This document shows positions 8,770 to 19,308 of a stretch of DNA of 64,000 bases, piece by piece. Position numbers and translations under genes: made by a program. The stretch's first letter is position 1. The number at the start of each line of letters is the position of its first letter. A model generated the notes under the pieces. That model was not told the DNA's origin, did not search any database, and saw only the letters and a program-made list of their open reading frames with translations. Source of the DNA: Thermodesulfobacteriota bacterium (lineage in GTDB: Bacteria > Desulfobacterota > Desulfarculia > JACQYL01); the NCBI GenBank assembly GCA_963675595.2, contig CAXXLZ010000002.1, positions 4,192,001 through 4,256,000 on the forward strand, in the 5' to 3' direction.

Positions 8770-10545
8770 GTGCTTGTGAAAAATGCTTTAAATCAAATCT
8801 ATTCGCAGAGAGAAGAATTCATCGTTCTCGGATTGGTCGGGAGAACAGGTAGTGGATGCTCAACGGCTGCAAATATCCTATCGAAAGATGTAGATAGCCT
8901 CAGCGTAATGGAGCCATGCCTTGAAGGAAGGCCTTCAAATGAGGATAGAAAAAAGCGAATCATATGCAAATTTGCATCTAAACATTGGAAGCCATTTTTT
9001 TTTATTAGAGTGAGAGATATTATAACGTCATTTATACTAGATTGTACTCATGATGAGATGGATTATTTTATGAAGGAAAATGGAATAGCGCGCGGGATTG
9101 AGCCATTAATGGATGAGTATAAGAATTACTTCGACAAGAACAAATGCCTAGATATAATAAAGACAGATAGTATAAATACTTTAGATGATGTTCAGCTCGA
9201 AAGCTATTTGGATGAAGTATGCGACTATATAATATCCAGGCTCCCCATATTCACAGAACGACTTAAGAAGCTTGTAGATTCATATAATGCTAATAGCTTC
9301 ATAGCTATATATCAAAAAATCGGTGATAATATAAGAAAGCATGGTATTGCCATTCAGAAAGATGACGTAAATGTTGAGCATATTTATGAAATAGCAAAAT
9401 TTATTGATTCAATCATAAGTGCCCTCAGAAAGATGAGCAAGAACTTGAGGGATAAATATAAATTGCCAAGAGACTATTTCGTTATAGATGCCTTTAGGAA
9501 TCCATTTGAGGCCCTCTATTTCAAAGAGAAATACTCGGCATTCTACTTGATTGCCATCAATGCCCCTGACGACGACCGAGTTAACAGATTGGGTGAGGGG
9601 CTCGATCTTTCGCCATCAATAATTAACAAGTTAGATGACAAAGAGTATCCGAAGAACAGTCCGTTGAGCGATTATTCAAGCTTTATATCTCAGAACATAT
9701 CTGCTTGCATTCAGTTTGCGGACATACATGTGCATAATTCAGGAAATTATAGAAATAGAGACTTTAATTTGCTTAAATATCAGTTAGTTAAATTTGTCTG
9801 TTTGATCCAACATCCTGGATTAGTGACTCCATCGAGGGAGGAAAAATTGATGCAAGTAGCCTACACAGCAAAGCTTAATTCCGGGTGTTTATCCAGGCAG
9901 GTAGGAGCTGTCGTTACAAATAGTGATATGGCTATAAAGGCGATAGGTTGGAATAGCAGCCCCGACGATCAGGTTCCCTGCCTGCTTAGAAACATTGATA
10001 TGCTATTATCCAATAATGATCAGGAAGCTTACAGTCACTATGAGCATACCAATATAGAATTTAGAAAAGTTGCATATGCGTATAAAGAAAAATTGCCAAA
10101 TGAGGAAATAATAGATGGTTTGAATGCAAGTTATTGCTTTAAAGATTTACAAAACGATATGGATGGCAAGAAGAACCAAGTACATAATCGAGCCCTACAT
10201 GCTGAAGAGAATGCTTTTCTGCAAATTGCAAAGTATGGAGGAGAAGGCGTTATTGATGGATATCTATTTACGACTGCGTCTCCATGTGAATCTTGCTCTA
10301 GAAAAGCATATCAGATTGGCATATCCTGCATTGTATATATAGATCCATATCCAGGTATTGCCATTGATCATAGCATTAGAAGCGGATCAAGAAATCTTGA
10401 AGTCAGACTGTTCAGTGGGGCAATAGGGAGAGCTTATCACCAACTATATACGCCCATTGTTCAAATCAAGGATGAACTAGAAGCTCTAATCGACAAAAAG
10501 GCGTCACCGGCAGGACTCGAAAATCTGATCAACGGTGGTGGATGA
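8770..10545 (+). CDS. avcD: Antiphage dCTP/dCMP deaminase (AvcD-like: P-loop kinase fused to deoxycytidylate deaminase)
   Basis: N-terminal GLVGRTGSGCST P-loop, IDAFRNPFE, SGCLSRQVGAV, Zn-binding HAEENA and SPCESC; strongly AT-rich relative to flanks. Confidence 0.88.
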   Translation: MLVKNALNQIYSQREEFIVLGLVGRTGSGCSTAANILSKDVDSLSVMEPCLEGRPSNEDRKKRIICKFASKHWKPFFFIRVRDIITSFILDCTHDEMDYFMKENGIARGIEPLMDEYKNYFDKNKCLDIIKTDSINTLDDVQLESYLDEVCDYIISRLPIFTERLKKLVDSYNANSFIAIYQKIGDNIRKHGIAIQKDDVNVEHIYEIAKFIDSIISALRKMSKNLRDKYKLPRDYFVIDAFRNPFEALYFKEKYSAFYLIAINAPDDDRVNRLGEGLDLSPSIINKLDDKEYPKNSPLSDYSSFISQNISACIQFADIHVHNSGNYRNRDFNLLKYQLVKFVCLIQHPGLVTPSREEKLMQVAYTAKLNSGCLSRQVGAVVTNSDMAIKAIGWNSSPDDQVPCLLRNIDMLLSNNDQEAYSHYEHTNIEFRKVAYAYKEKLPNEEIIDGLNASYCFKDLQNDMDGKKNQVHNRALHAEENAFLQIAKYGGEGVIDGYLFTTASPCESCSRKAYQIGISCIVYIDPYPGIAIDHSIRSGSRNLEVRLFSGAIGRAYHQLYTPIVQIKDELEALIDKKASPAGLENLINGGG

Positions 10546-11176
10546 AATTCCCACAGTTCTTCTCCAACCCCTGTTATGGGGGCAGGGGGGGCGACAAGAG
10601 TCTGGCATCCGGTTCGGGGTTAGTCCTCATTCACAGTTTAGGATAATATTTTAACTAGATAAAAGGACAACCATTGCCTAGAACAGCCGCACGAATGGGG
10701 TATGCAGACAAATATTCCAACAGGTCTTGGCGAGATTGGCAGCCCTCTCGTCCTACTCAATCAAATATCAGCCTGAGGATACGAGCGCTCTGCTTGTCGG
10801 CGCTGGCCAGCCGTCATTAGATTGGCTGTGCTTCGCAGCGCTTGGTGGTTGTAGGCGTTCACGGGCTATTCGGCGTCAGGGGTTCTCTCCGCACACGTCC
10901 CCGCATCCCCAATTAATGGAGTTTTGGACGAAAGCGTTATGCCTTGGCTGCCCGAATTGGCTTCGTCCCGCCAGGGACCGAGCCCGCATCAGGGGGGGCC
11001 AGGGGAACGGAATTCCCCCGGCGAACAAATTCGGAAGATCTCTCCGCCGTGAACAGCAACCGGTGGTTTATATGTGAAACATTTTCATCGCGTGTTTACG
11101 CCGGGAAAACGCTGGCTGCCTGCCCGGTGCTGTCGTGGAGAGACGATGCATAACGGTCCCGGACGGAGCATCTTCT

Positions 11177-11758
11177 TCATCCTCTCCGAGCGACGCGTCT
11201 CGTCTTCTTGAGATAGGTATGCGCCAGTTCGTCCATCAAGAGATGGAAGGCTTCGTGTCGACCGGGTCCGATCTTGTTCTCTTCGATCCTACGAAACGCC
11301 TCCGTGATCTCCTGTCTTTGTCGCGGGTCGAGCTTTCTTTCCGCAACGGGGAAGAAAATGCGATTCTCCTGACCGATGTGGTGCAGCATGAGCACCAGGA
11401 ATTCACCCGCGGGATCGGTCAACGCCGTGGAAGGGGAAGCGGGATTCGATTTCAATTCTTTCAGAGCCGTGCTCATCATCCGCACCAGAGTTCGCGCGGT
11501 GCGATGCTCCGCCAGCAGAAGCTCGATGATGTCCTCTTCCTCGGAAAGACCCGTTGAGCGAACCGCCGGGAACAGAACCGCTTCTTCCTTTCCGTGATGA
11601 CATGCGTCCACGAAAATCGTGTAGAACTCCAGTATCCGCCGCAGATGCGCTACGGGTGCCGGCGTGCCCTTGGAAACGGAGCGGCTTATGGATTCGTGAA
11701 TCTGGAGCATTTTCAGGATGACTTCATGCTCCGCCATCAAGTCCCGAATCGGATCCAA
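11177..11758 (-). CDS. Hemerythrin/HHE domain protein
   Basis: EH..I, CHHGKEEAVLFP, EHRTAR, HIGQENRIFFP; TTG at 11758 after AAGGAGGT. Confidence 0.85.
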   Translation of the reverse strand: MDPIRDLMAEHEVILKMLQIHESISRSVSKGTPAPVAHLRRILEFYTIFVDACHHGKEEAVLFPAVRSTGLSEEEDIIELLLAEHRTARTLVRMMSTALKELKSNPASPSTALTDPAGEFLVLMLHHIGQENRIFFPVAERKLDPRQRQEITEAFRRIEENKIGPGRHEAFHLLMDELAHTYLKKTRRVARRG

Positions 11759-11854
11759 AGCTCGCCACCTCCTTCCGGTCCGGCGCAATTCGACTTACGC
11801 GGAATGCGGTGCGCGGTCATTTCGTTTTCCCGCCTCAAACGTGCCTGCCTTTCG

Positions 11855-11894
11855 TTCGTCTGAAAGACACGACCATTCGTCTGAAAGACACGAC
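11855..11894. repeat. Direct tandem repeat, 2 x TTCGTCTGAAAGACACGAC (21-bp period)
   Basis: Exact 19-bp copies at 11855-11873 and 11876-11894. Confidence 0.85.
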
Positions 11895-11966
11895 AATATT
11901 GTAAACCCGGAGGGAAAAATCGCAAGCAGTGTCCACCACATGCTCTTCGCGGGTTTGTTTTCCGGG

Positions 11967-13356
11967 TTATCGTTTGCCGATCCCCGCTCCCGATCGGAAA
12001 AACAGGAACGCCACCCAGCCCAAGAGGATGGTCGCCAAGCCGGCCAAGCAGGACACCGGACTACCGCCCAAACTGAAGACGACAATCCAAAGGTTCCCCG
12101 CGATGAAGGCCAAGGGTACCCAGGGGTAGCCCGGGGTAAGATAGGGGCGCGGCGCATCGGGTCTGGTCTTCCGCAGTTTCATGAGCCCCAATACCGTGGC
12201 GGTGGAACACAGGGACAAGGTGAAGCCGATATAGATGAGCAACGCTTCGAAGGACGCGGTCAAGGCCATGAGGACCGCCAGGACGGCCTGGAGCGTAACC
12301 GCCCTCCCTGGAGGCGCCGTGCCTCCCGTCCACCGTGCCCAAGCCTCGAAAGAAAAGCCCGTCCCGGGCCATGGCGAAATAGACCCTGGGACCCGTCATG
12401 ATCATGGCTCCCACTGCGGAAACCAGGCTGAGGGCCACGGCGGCGTTGAACGCTCGAGCCGCGTCCGGACCGAACAGCGCCTTGGACGTTTCGGCCGCCA
12501 CCTCCAACACACCGCTCATCTTCTCAGGAGACAGGACCATCACATACAGCAGGTTCAGGAGCAGATAGAGGAGCATCACCACGGCGGTGCCGAGGAGCAG
12601 CGAGCGAGGGATGTTCGTTCCCGGTTCCCTGATCTCTGCGCCCAGGTAGGCGGCCGAATTCCAGCCGCTGTAGGCGAAGGATACGATGACCAGGGATACC
12701 GCCGTCTCCTTGCCGAACAAAGAGGCCGGCGAGTTGGAGGCGCTCACGGGTTTCCCGTATGAGTGAATACACAGGAAGCCGCCCATCACCAAAGCCAGGA
12801 TTAGAAGGATTTTGAGCACGGTGAGAGCATTGAGTACATTGCTTCCCATCCGCACACTGCCCGCGTGGAGCCCCGAGAAAAGCAGAATCAGGGCCGAGGC
12901 CGACAAGGTGACCGGGTTGATCTGAAGGAAGGCCACATCTCCGAATCGGGCCGTCCAAAAGGGCAGGGAAGGCTGAGGCAGTACCTGGAAGACGTAGCCG
13001 GCAAAGGCGATGGCTGAGGCGGCGATGGGGGCGGAGAATCCCACAATGAGGGATATCCAACCCGAGAGAAACGAAGGAAGGGCGCCGAAACTTTCTCGGA
13101 GAAAAACGTATTCGCCGCCCGCTTTCGGGAACAGGGCTCCCAGTTTTCCGTAACACAGCGCTCCGGACAGGGCGAACAAACCTCCCAAGAACCAGCACAG
13201 CAGAAGAGACGTGGGGCTTCCGACCTGTTCCATGACGAAACCGGAAGTGGTGAAGGCTCCCGTTCCCACCATGTTGGCCACCACCACCGCCGTGGCGGAG
13301 AAAAGCCCCAGTTGCCGTTTCAGGCCGGAGGAAGCGATGTTGCAGGCCGTGGTCAT
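11967..13356 (-). pseudogene. APC-family amino acid permease with a single frameshift near 12313
   Basis: LKRQLG, NMVGTGAF, AGGEYVFL, AYSGWN and PRVYFAMARDG in ORF 12061-13374; last TM helices (RPYLTPGYP) continue in another frame (11967-12269). Confidence 0.8.
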
Positions 13357-13772
13357 GGGCGGACATCCTCGCAAAGAATTCCAGGAGGTACGCAGGATTT
13401 TCGGATGTTGTCCCTATTGACCCTTTCCGTTCCTTGAAGTAAAAATATCCGTATCGGCTTTCGCTCCTCTTTCCATTTCCATCTGCACGTTCCTCCGATT
13501 CCCGCAGCTTCCGGATTCTGGAGCTCCTGCCCGGGAAAGACCGGTGTCACGCGAGGAGCGCTTCTCTTTCTGAATTTCAGACGACCGACTTTGGTATCCG
13601 TGCCCTTTTCGTGGGCTTATGGAGCCTTGCCCATGTTTCCGTTGGATTTTCCAACGGAACGTTGCAGGTCGGCATGAGTCAAGGGAAGGCAAGTCGTCGC
13701 GTGGTCGTTCGGCCGCAGGAGATATGGATCGCCTGCGCCTCCTTCTTCCAACCCGGCTCCAGGAGGTGACGT

Positions 13773-16700
13773 ATGCAAGCAGCACCCATACTCACAATTC
13801 GATCAGGGCGACCTCGATTCCCGTTTTCTTGCCGACACGGACGGGCCGAGCCGGCGAAGCGTACACACGCCGATTCCGTTGTCCTTCTAATGCTGTTTTC
13901 TTTGATGCTTGCGTGTGTTTTGCCGATGAGGGCCTTCGCCTCGTCTCCGACGATCAACTTCGAGGAAGCCGTTCCTCAACCCGACACCGTCACCAGCCAA
14001 TACTGCAATAGCGCCGCCACGAGCCTGGGTGTCGAGTTTTTATCAGGCGGAGGGCGCATCTATTCGCCTTCCGTGGCCGTGGCGAGCGGCACTCACGCGT
14101 TGACCAATCATTTTCCAGGTTCCGAGTTCGGTGAATACCTGAAGCTCGATATCGGTTTCACGACCGGCCAGTCCGTGGTGAGCGTCAAGGTCGGCCTGGA
14201 CAAGGCCCATTCGTTTGCCGTTACGGCAACCATTTCAGCGTACAGCGACTCGACTCCGGGAACCGGTTTCATCGATTACGGCACCGCATACCTCGGCACC
14301 GGTCCCACGGCCGTAACCACCCCCCTTTCCGTGAGTTCCTCCACCGCGAATATTCGAAGCGTCCGAATCGAGTTCACCGGGGCTTCTCCGGGACAGGCGG
14401 CTCATGAACTCATCGACGACCTTACTTTCAGCACCGCGGGTCCGGCATGTATCGAGGATGACAACCCGCCCTCCGTGCAAATCAGTCAACCGGATTCCGA
14501 CGGGAAGACCGTGCATGTTCCTGAAATTACTCTGGCCTTTTCTGCGACGGACAATGAAACCGGCGTGGCCAAAATTCAGGTTCGCTTTTTGGACTCCACG
14601 TCGGCGGAGGTGGGGGCATTCTATGTTTGCGGCGGCCCGGGAGTCCCGCCGTGTGCTTACGAAGTGGTTCCCACCAAAGCGAGTTATAATTTCTACACCT
14701 ACCTTTTGGAGGATACCGCGGCCATCCAGGTGAAGGCCTGGGACTTCGCCGACCACAGCGCATCGGCTCAGCGAGCCCTCACTTATGCGCCCCCGGGCCC
14801 GAATTTCAACTTGTGGGCCATGGGCATGGAAATCACCCAGGCCATACAGCCGTGGGTCGCCGCGTCGTCCGCCACCAGGAGCTCGACCATTCCATCCCAA
14901 ACCCTGAGCAGCGAATCGGTAAATTTGGTGGCGGGCAAGCGCACCGTGGTCCGACTCTATCCCGGCGTTGAGGGGACCACCGTTCAGGTACAGGGCGTGC
15001 AGGGCACATTGGCCTGTACCGATGCTTCCGGTATTCCCTGCCCCGGAAAGGGATCGATACAGTCCCAGAATTCGGTGACCGTAGACCCTTTGAACAACAA
15101 CCAACAAGAAAACCTGCGGCATGACCCGGCCAAGACCTTGAACTTCGTTCTTCCCCAAACATGGACCGAGTGGGATCGACCGGTAACGTTGACCGCAACG
15201 ATCTCACCGCCCGCAGGCGTGTCTGAATGCGCAGGCTGCAACGACGGCGCCGACAGTCTCAGGGTGAGCGGGATCGATTTCCAGGAAACCGCTCCCTTGA
15301 ATCTCCACTTGGTCTGGGCCTGTGTTCGCAGGAACGCGTCGGACTTGACGACCGCTTGCGACCATGCCCCGTTCGACGTCTACCAGGATGTGTTTCTCGA
15401 CTCGACGTCGCGTTTTGTAAAAGTCTACCCCTTGGCGCTCAAAGACATCCGGGTAACCATCCACTCGCCCCAGTGGCTGCCTTTCGACGGAGATTTCAAT
15501 CACCCACAGGGGGCCATGACCAGCGGCAGAATGTATGCCTACCATGATTTCATCGGGAATCTGGTGAGCAGCGACACGGGTACGGCAGCGGGAAGCAATC
15601 CCATCAACCTGGTCTATTTCGGTATTGTACCCGTTCCCGTTACGGCGATCCTGGGCCTTGGATCAAGAAACGTGGTCGTGGGCAAACTGGACTCGGCAAG
15701 CGTTTTTGGAGACGACCTTGCCATCGCGGCTCACGAAGTGGGTCACGCTTTGGGAAGACCTCATGCAAGCTGTGACCACGGCGAGGGAGGGTGCGAGTCC
15801 GCACCCGACGTGTTCCCCTGCACTCACGGAGGCATCTGCACCTACGGATTCGATACCTATACGCTGCAGGTCATTGACCCCGGGAATCCGCCCGCAGCGG
15901 GGCACGCCCACGATCTTATGTCCTATGGTCCCGAACCTCTATGGATATCGCCCTACACCTACGATCATCTATTCACGGCTCTTCACGGCGCTTTAGGCTC
16001 TTCGTCTCTGTCGAAGTCCGATGAAATCGGCCCGGTCGCGGAGGGGGACCGGCTGTACATAAACGGTACCATCTCACGATCGACATCGGAGGTCTCCGCC
16101 GAGTTGTCCCCATTCTATCATCTGCCGTGGGGGACGGCGCGGACGGATGCGGGTGAGGGAGACTTCACCGTGGAGCTGTTGAATTCCGAGGACGGAGTGC
16201 TGGGCGAATACGCTTTTGAGCCTGAAACCGTGGCCGTGGACCCGCCGGATCCTGAAACGAATCCGACCGAACCCTTCCACTTGGTGGTCCCCTTTCCCGA
16301 AGCTCTGGCCCGCGTCGTAATCAAGTACAGGGGAACCCAAATTGCTGAAAGGGTTCGTTCCCCCTATCCACCGGCAATCACTTCCCTTTCCGTCGCCGAG
16401 AGTGAAGTCTGGTCCGGGGACGAATTGAGAAACGTTACCTGGGAAAGCCAAGACCCGGACGCCGGTACCTCCTTGTCTTATCAACTTCTTTATGCGACGG
16501 ACGGCGGGACCCAATGGAGGACATTGGTTTCCGATTGGAATGAGAACAGCTTTGATATCGACGTATGGACTTTGCCCGGCAGTGATACGGCCGTTCTGCA
16601 GGTGATCGCCACGGACGGCATCAACACGGTCAGGCTGCTTTCTCCGAGCTTCGTAGTCGAGAAGAAACCTCCCATGGTGCGAATCGTGGGTCCGAGAACG

Positions 16701-17846
16701 GAAGAGGGCGTTCCCACGTATTTGGAGGGGCAAACCGTGGTGTTGGAGGCCTCCGCCACGGACCTGGAAGACGGACCTTTGTCGGGCGAGACGTTTTCCT
16801 GGCAATCGGATATCCAGGGTTCCCTCGGATCGGGGAACCGGGTGGACGTGGATTCCCTTTCGCCGGGTTTGCACGAGATTTTGGTAGAGGCCGTGGATGG
16901 GGACGACCAAGCGGGATACGACACGGTCGATGTATTGATCATGGAAAGGCAAAATCGGCAGCCCGTCGCGGTGGCCGGCCCCGATCGTTTGGCCGGCATC
17001 GGCATGACGGTGGTACTGAACGGGTCGGCTTCCTATGATCCCGACGGTGATGCACTCAGTTACCTGTGGACCATCGTGGATGAGCCTTCCGGAGCGAATC
17101 CGGAACTGGCCGACGCCTCCACGTCCCAAGCCGGCTTCACCGCGGACGTGGAAGGTTCTTACGTTCTCAGCCTGACGGTGCATGACGGGCACTTGGGCGG
17201 TCTCGCCGATACGGTGACGGTGGAAGTCGTTTCGGAGGTTCCTTCCCCTCCGGATGGAGTGTGGAAAGATGTAGCCGTAGGCCGCGTCTCTCCCACGATG
17301 AACTTCTACGTGCAGACTTACGACACCGGTTCCATGGTCATCGTGGCCTCACCGGACGGGGAAACCGCCCTTGCTTTCCTGGATCCGGACTACTCCGATG
17401 GTTTCGATGCCGATGATCTGGGAGGTTCCGGAGTTCACCTGTCCGCCTCGTTTGAGACCGCCGATCAGGGGTCGGCGGAATTCTCCGTCCCCGGGCATGC
17501 CACGGTCGAATACGCGATTTACAGGTGGTTCCCCGCCTCCATCGACGATTCCTACTGCGGTATTTGGAAGGACGAGCCCATGGGAGTCGCCGGAGGGATG
17601 AGCTTGTACGTCCAGACTTACGAGGATTCGGCCATTGTCATTATCAGCCCGGATGCGAGGAGTTTTCAGGTGTTTCTCGACCCCGACAAGGCGGACGGTT
17701 TAGACGTTGATTCCATGAGCGGTTCGGCGCACATGGAATGCGACTTCGCAGCCGGCGGCACGACTGAAGGAATGGTGATGGAGAATGGGGAAGAGCGGTT
17801 TCTAGAATTTTTCCAGTGGTTTTCGACGTCCATCGCCGAAAGATAG
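13773..17846 (+). CDS. Large secreted zincin metalloprotease-like protein with Ig-like/PKD domains and two C-terminal repeats
   Basis: Signal-like LLMLFSLMLACVLPMRAFA; HEVGHALGRPH zinc motif with downstream DLMSY Met-turn; PKD-like LNGSASYDPDGDALSYLW. Confidence 0.8.
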   Translation: MQAAPILTIRSGRPRFPFSCRHGRAEPAKRTHADSVVLLMLFSLMLACVLPMRAFASSPTINFEEAVPQPDTVTSQYCNSAATSLGVEFLSGGGRIYSPSVAVASGTHALTNHFPGSEFGEYLKLDIGFTTGQSVVSVKVGLDKAHSFAVTATISAYSDSTPGTGFIDYGTAYLGTGPTAVTTPLSVSSSTANIRSVRIEFTGASPGQAAHELIDDLTFSTAGPACIEDDNPPSVQISQPDSDGKTVHVPEITLAFSATDNETGVAKIQVRFLDSTSAEVGAFYVCGGPGVPPCAYEVVPTKASYNFYTYLLEDTAAIQVKAWDFADHSASAQRALTYAPPGPNFNLWAMGMEITQAIQPWVAASSATRSSTIPSQTLSSESVNLVAGKRTVVRLYPGVEGTTVQVQGVQGTLACTDASGIPCPGKGSIQSQNSVTVDPLNNNQQENLRHDPAKTLNFVLPQTWTEWDRPVTLTATISPPAGVSECAGCNDGADSLRVSGIDFQETAPLNLHLVWACVRRNASDLTTACDHAPFDVYQDVFLDSTSRFVKVYPLALKDIRVTIHSPQWLPFDGDFNHPQGAMTSGRMYAYHDFIGNLVSSDTGTAAGSNPINLVYFGIVPVPVTAILGLGSRNVVVGKLDSASVFGDDLAIAAHEVGHALGRPHASCDHGEGGCESAPDVFPCTHGGICTYGFDTYTLQVIDPGNPPAAGHAHDLMSYGPEPLWISPYTYDHLFTALHGALGSSSLSKSDEIGPVAEGDRLYINGTISRSTSEVSAELSPFYHLPWGTARTDAGEGDFTVELLNSEDGVLGEYAFEPETVAVDPPDPETNPTEPFHLVVPFPEALARVVIKYRGTQIAERVRSPYPPAITSLSVAESEVWSGDELRNVTWESQDPDAGTSLSYQLLYATDGGTQWRTLVSDWNENSFDIDVWTLPGSDTAVLQVIATDGINTVRLLSPSFVVEKKPPMVRIVGPRTEEGVPTYLEGQTVVLEASATDLEDGPLSGETFSWQSDIQGSLGSGNRVDVDSLSPGLHEILVEAVDGDDQAGYDTVDVLIMERQNRQPVAVAGPDRLAGIGMTVVLNGSASYDPDGDALSYLWTIVDEPSGANPELADASTSQAGFTADVEGSYVLSLTVHDGHLGGLADTVTVEVVSEVPSPPDGVWKDVAVGRVSPTMNFYVQTYDTGSMVIVASPDGETALAFLDPDYSDGFDADDLGGSGVHLSASFETADQGSAEFSVPGHATVEYAIYRWFPASIDDSYCGIWKDEPMGVAGGMSLYVQTYEDSAIVIISPDARSFQVFLDPDKADGLDVDSMSGSAHMECDFAAGGTTEGMVMENGEERFLEFFQWFSTSIAER

Positions 17847-18249
17847 CGTTTAGGGTCCGGTGTTCGCTTCGGTTCGTACGAAATGGATGTGAAGAATCTC
17901 CTCTTCTCACCCGGTTTCACACGGAGTCGAGCACCGAACGGGATGCGTGAAGAGATCGGATGATCCCTCCGGAGACCGCCTCGGCATGGGCGCGGTGAAC
18001 TACGCCCTTGCCGTGCGCGTTTTCTTGGGATCTGTTGGGGCGGTGTGTCCCTGGGCCACATCCTCCCAGAGCCGATGCGGAGCCGCCAATGAGTCGGCGG
18101 AAATGCTTCACGTGCGGACTTCGCCTACATCATTTCCGCTGGAGACGGCGTTGCCGCGCCGGTTCTTCCCCCTTTCCCGGAGGACTCTGCGGGGCGCGGG
18201 CCTTGGATCGGCCGAGACGGGAACCTTCTATTGCCCGAAGGGGGCCGGC

Positions 18250-18423
18250 CTACCACCAGGAGACGTTTTTGTCGTTTTCGAAAATGAGGCCGACAAGTGC
18301 GTCGTAGTCCACTTCCCCCTCGTAAAGCTTGATTTCGGTCGTCTCCTTCCCTTGGGAAATCGCGTCCATCAGCCTTCGGGTTGTCTCATCGGGCTCTGAT
18401 TTCAGAATATGCAGCAACTTCAT
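18250..18423 (-). CDS. Small DsrH/TusB-like conserved protein (57 aa, missing from the ORF track)
   Basis: Manual translation MKLLHILKSEPDETTRRLMDAISQGKETTEIKLYEGEVDYDALVGLIFENDKNVSWW; GAGGT RBS; starts 11 bp after the DsrF-like gene; DYD.LV.LIFE....W end resembles DsrH. Confidence 0.75.
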   Translation of the reverse strand: MKLLHILKSEPDETTRRLMDAISQGKETTEIKLYEGEVDYDALVGLIFENDKNVSWW

Positions 18424-18434
18424 GGGAACCTCGT

Positions 18435-18725
18435 CTAGAAGGGAATGATCAAATCGAATTCCCTGAGTTTTTCATCCAATTCATCCAGGGTGACGGCTTG
18501 GAATCCATTTTCGATGTTCTTGGGGTGGTTCGAGAAATAGCTGCATTCCATATCCTCAAGCCACTCCAGATTCTCTTTGATGGCGTCCGTCATGTCCACT
18601 TCGTGATCCAGCACGAAGGTACTGACCCAGAAGTTCTCCACGGCAAGGCCCAGACTGGAGCGGACTCCTTCCCAATCGTTCTCCGGTTCGCGGATGATAA
18701 AGGCTACGTTCTTAATATCCTCCAT
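18435..18725 (-). CDS. DsrF/DsrE-fold conserved hypothetical protein of the YTD cluster
   Basis: [10 protein letters not shown] and C-terminal [10 protein letters not shown] resemble DsrE/F-fold proteins; GGAGGAG RBS; operonic spacing. Confidence 0.75.
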   Translation of the reverse strand: MEDIKNVAFIIREPENDWEGVRSSLGLAVENFWVSTFVLDHEVDMTDAIKENLEWLEDMECSYFSNHPKNIENGFQAVTLDELDEKLREFDLIIPF

Positions 18726-18741
18726 ACGGGGTCTCCTCCAC

Positions 18742-19053
18742 TTACATCACGACGTACCGGTCGCATTCTTCTATCATGGCGCCGTTGCGTGCCTGAGTCG
18801 CATAGCCGGTTTCGGGAACCCCCGGAGCCTCGATTCCTTTCAGGCCCGCGGCCTCGTAACCGACGTTACACAGGGACAGATGGGCCTTGGTCTTGCCCAG
18901 TTCGAGGAACTTGGGGTCTTGGGTCAGAAGCACGCCTTTGTGAGAGAAAAACGTGAACACTTCGATTCCCCGCGCTTCCGCCGCCCGGACCAAGCCGATG
19001 ACGTGATCCAAGTACTTGTCGGAACGTACAAAAATACCTAATTTGTCGGCCAT
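18742..19053 (-). CDS. DsrE-like sulfur relay protein
   Basis: KLGIFV..., FFSHKGV, conserved Cys in LSLCNVG, C-terminal ECDRYVVM. Confidence 0.8.
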   Translation of the reverse strand: MADKLGIFVRSDKYLDHVIGLVRAAEARGIEVFTFFSHKGVLLTQDPKFLELGKTKAHLSLCNVGYEAAGLKGIEAPGVPETGYATQARNGAMIEECDRYVVM

Positions 19054-19068
19054 ATCGTCACCTCGCGA

Positions 19069-19308
19069 TCAACCGACCTTCAGGTAGAAACGGATGAATC
19101 CGTCGTCGTCCTTGGATCCAAGAATCTCGTGCCCGCCGCGTTTGGCGAAACTGGGAAGATCGTTCTTGGTCCCCGGATCGGAACTCAACAGCTCGAGCAC
19201 CTGCCCGGATTTCATGTTCTGAATGGCCTTCTTGGTTTTCAGGATGGGCATCGGGCAAGTCAGTCCCCTGCAATCCAAAGTTTCGTCCGCTTTGATCTCG
19301 TCCGCCAT
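19069..19308 (-). CDS. tusA: Sulfur carrier protein TusA/SirA family
   Basis: LDCRGLTCPMPILKTKK with CPxP motif, SDPG; GGAGGA RBS. Confidence 0.93.
   Translation of the reverse strand: MADEIKADETLDCRGLTCPMPILKTKKAIQNMKSGQVLELLSSDPGTKNDLPSFAKRGGHEILGSKDDDGFIRFYLKVG

Noticed and set aside
10546-10870. Possible attC site making the deaminase an integron cassette
   Set aside because: No convincing paired R/L boxes and no integron integrase
11855-11894. Mini CRISPR array
   Set aside because: Only two units separated by 2 bp; no spacers or cas genes
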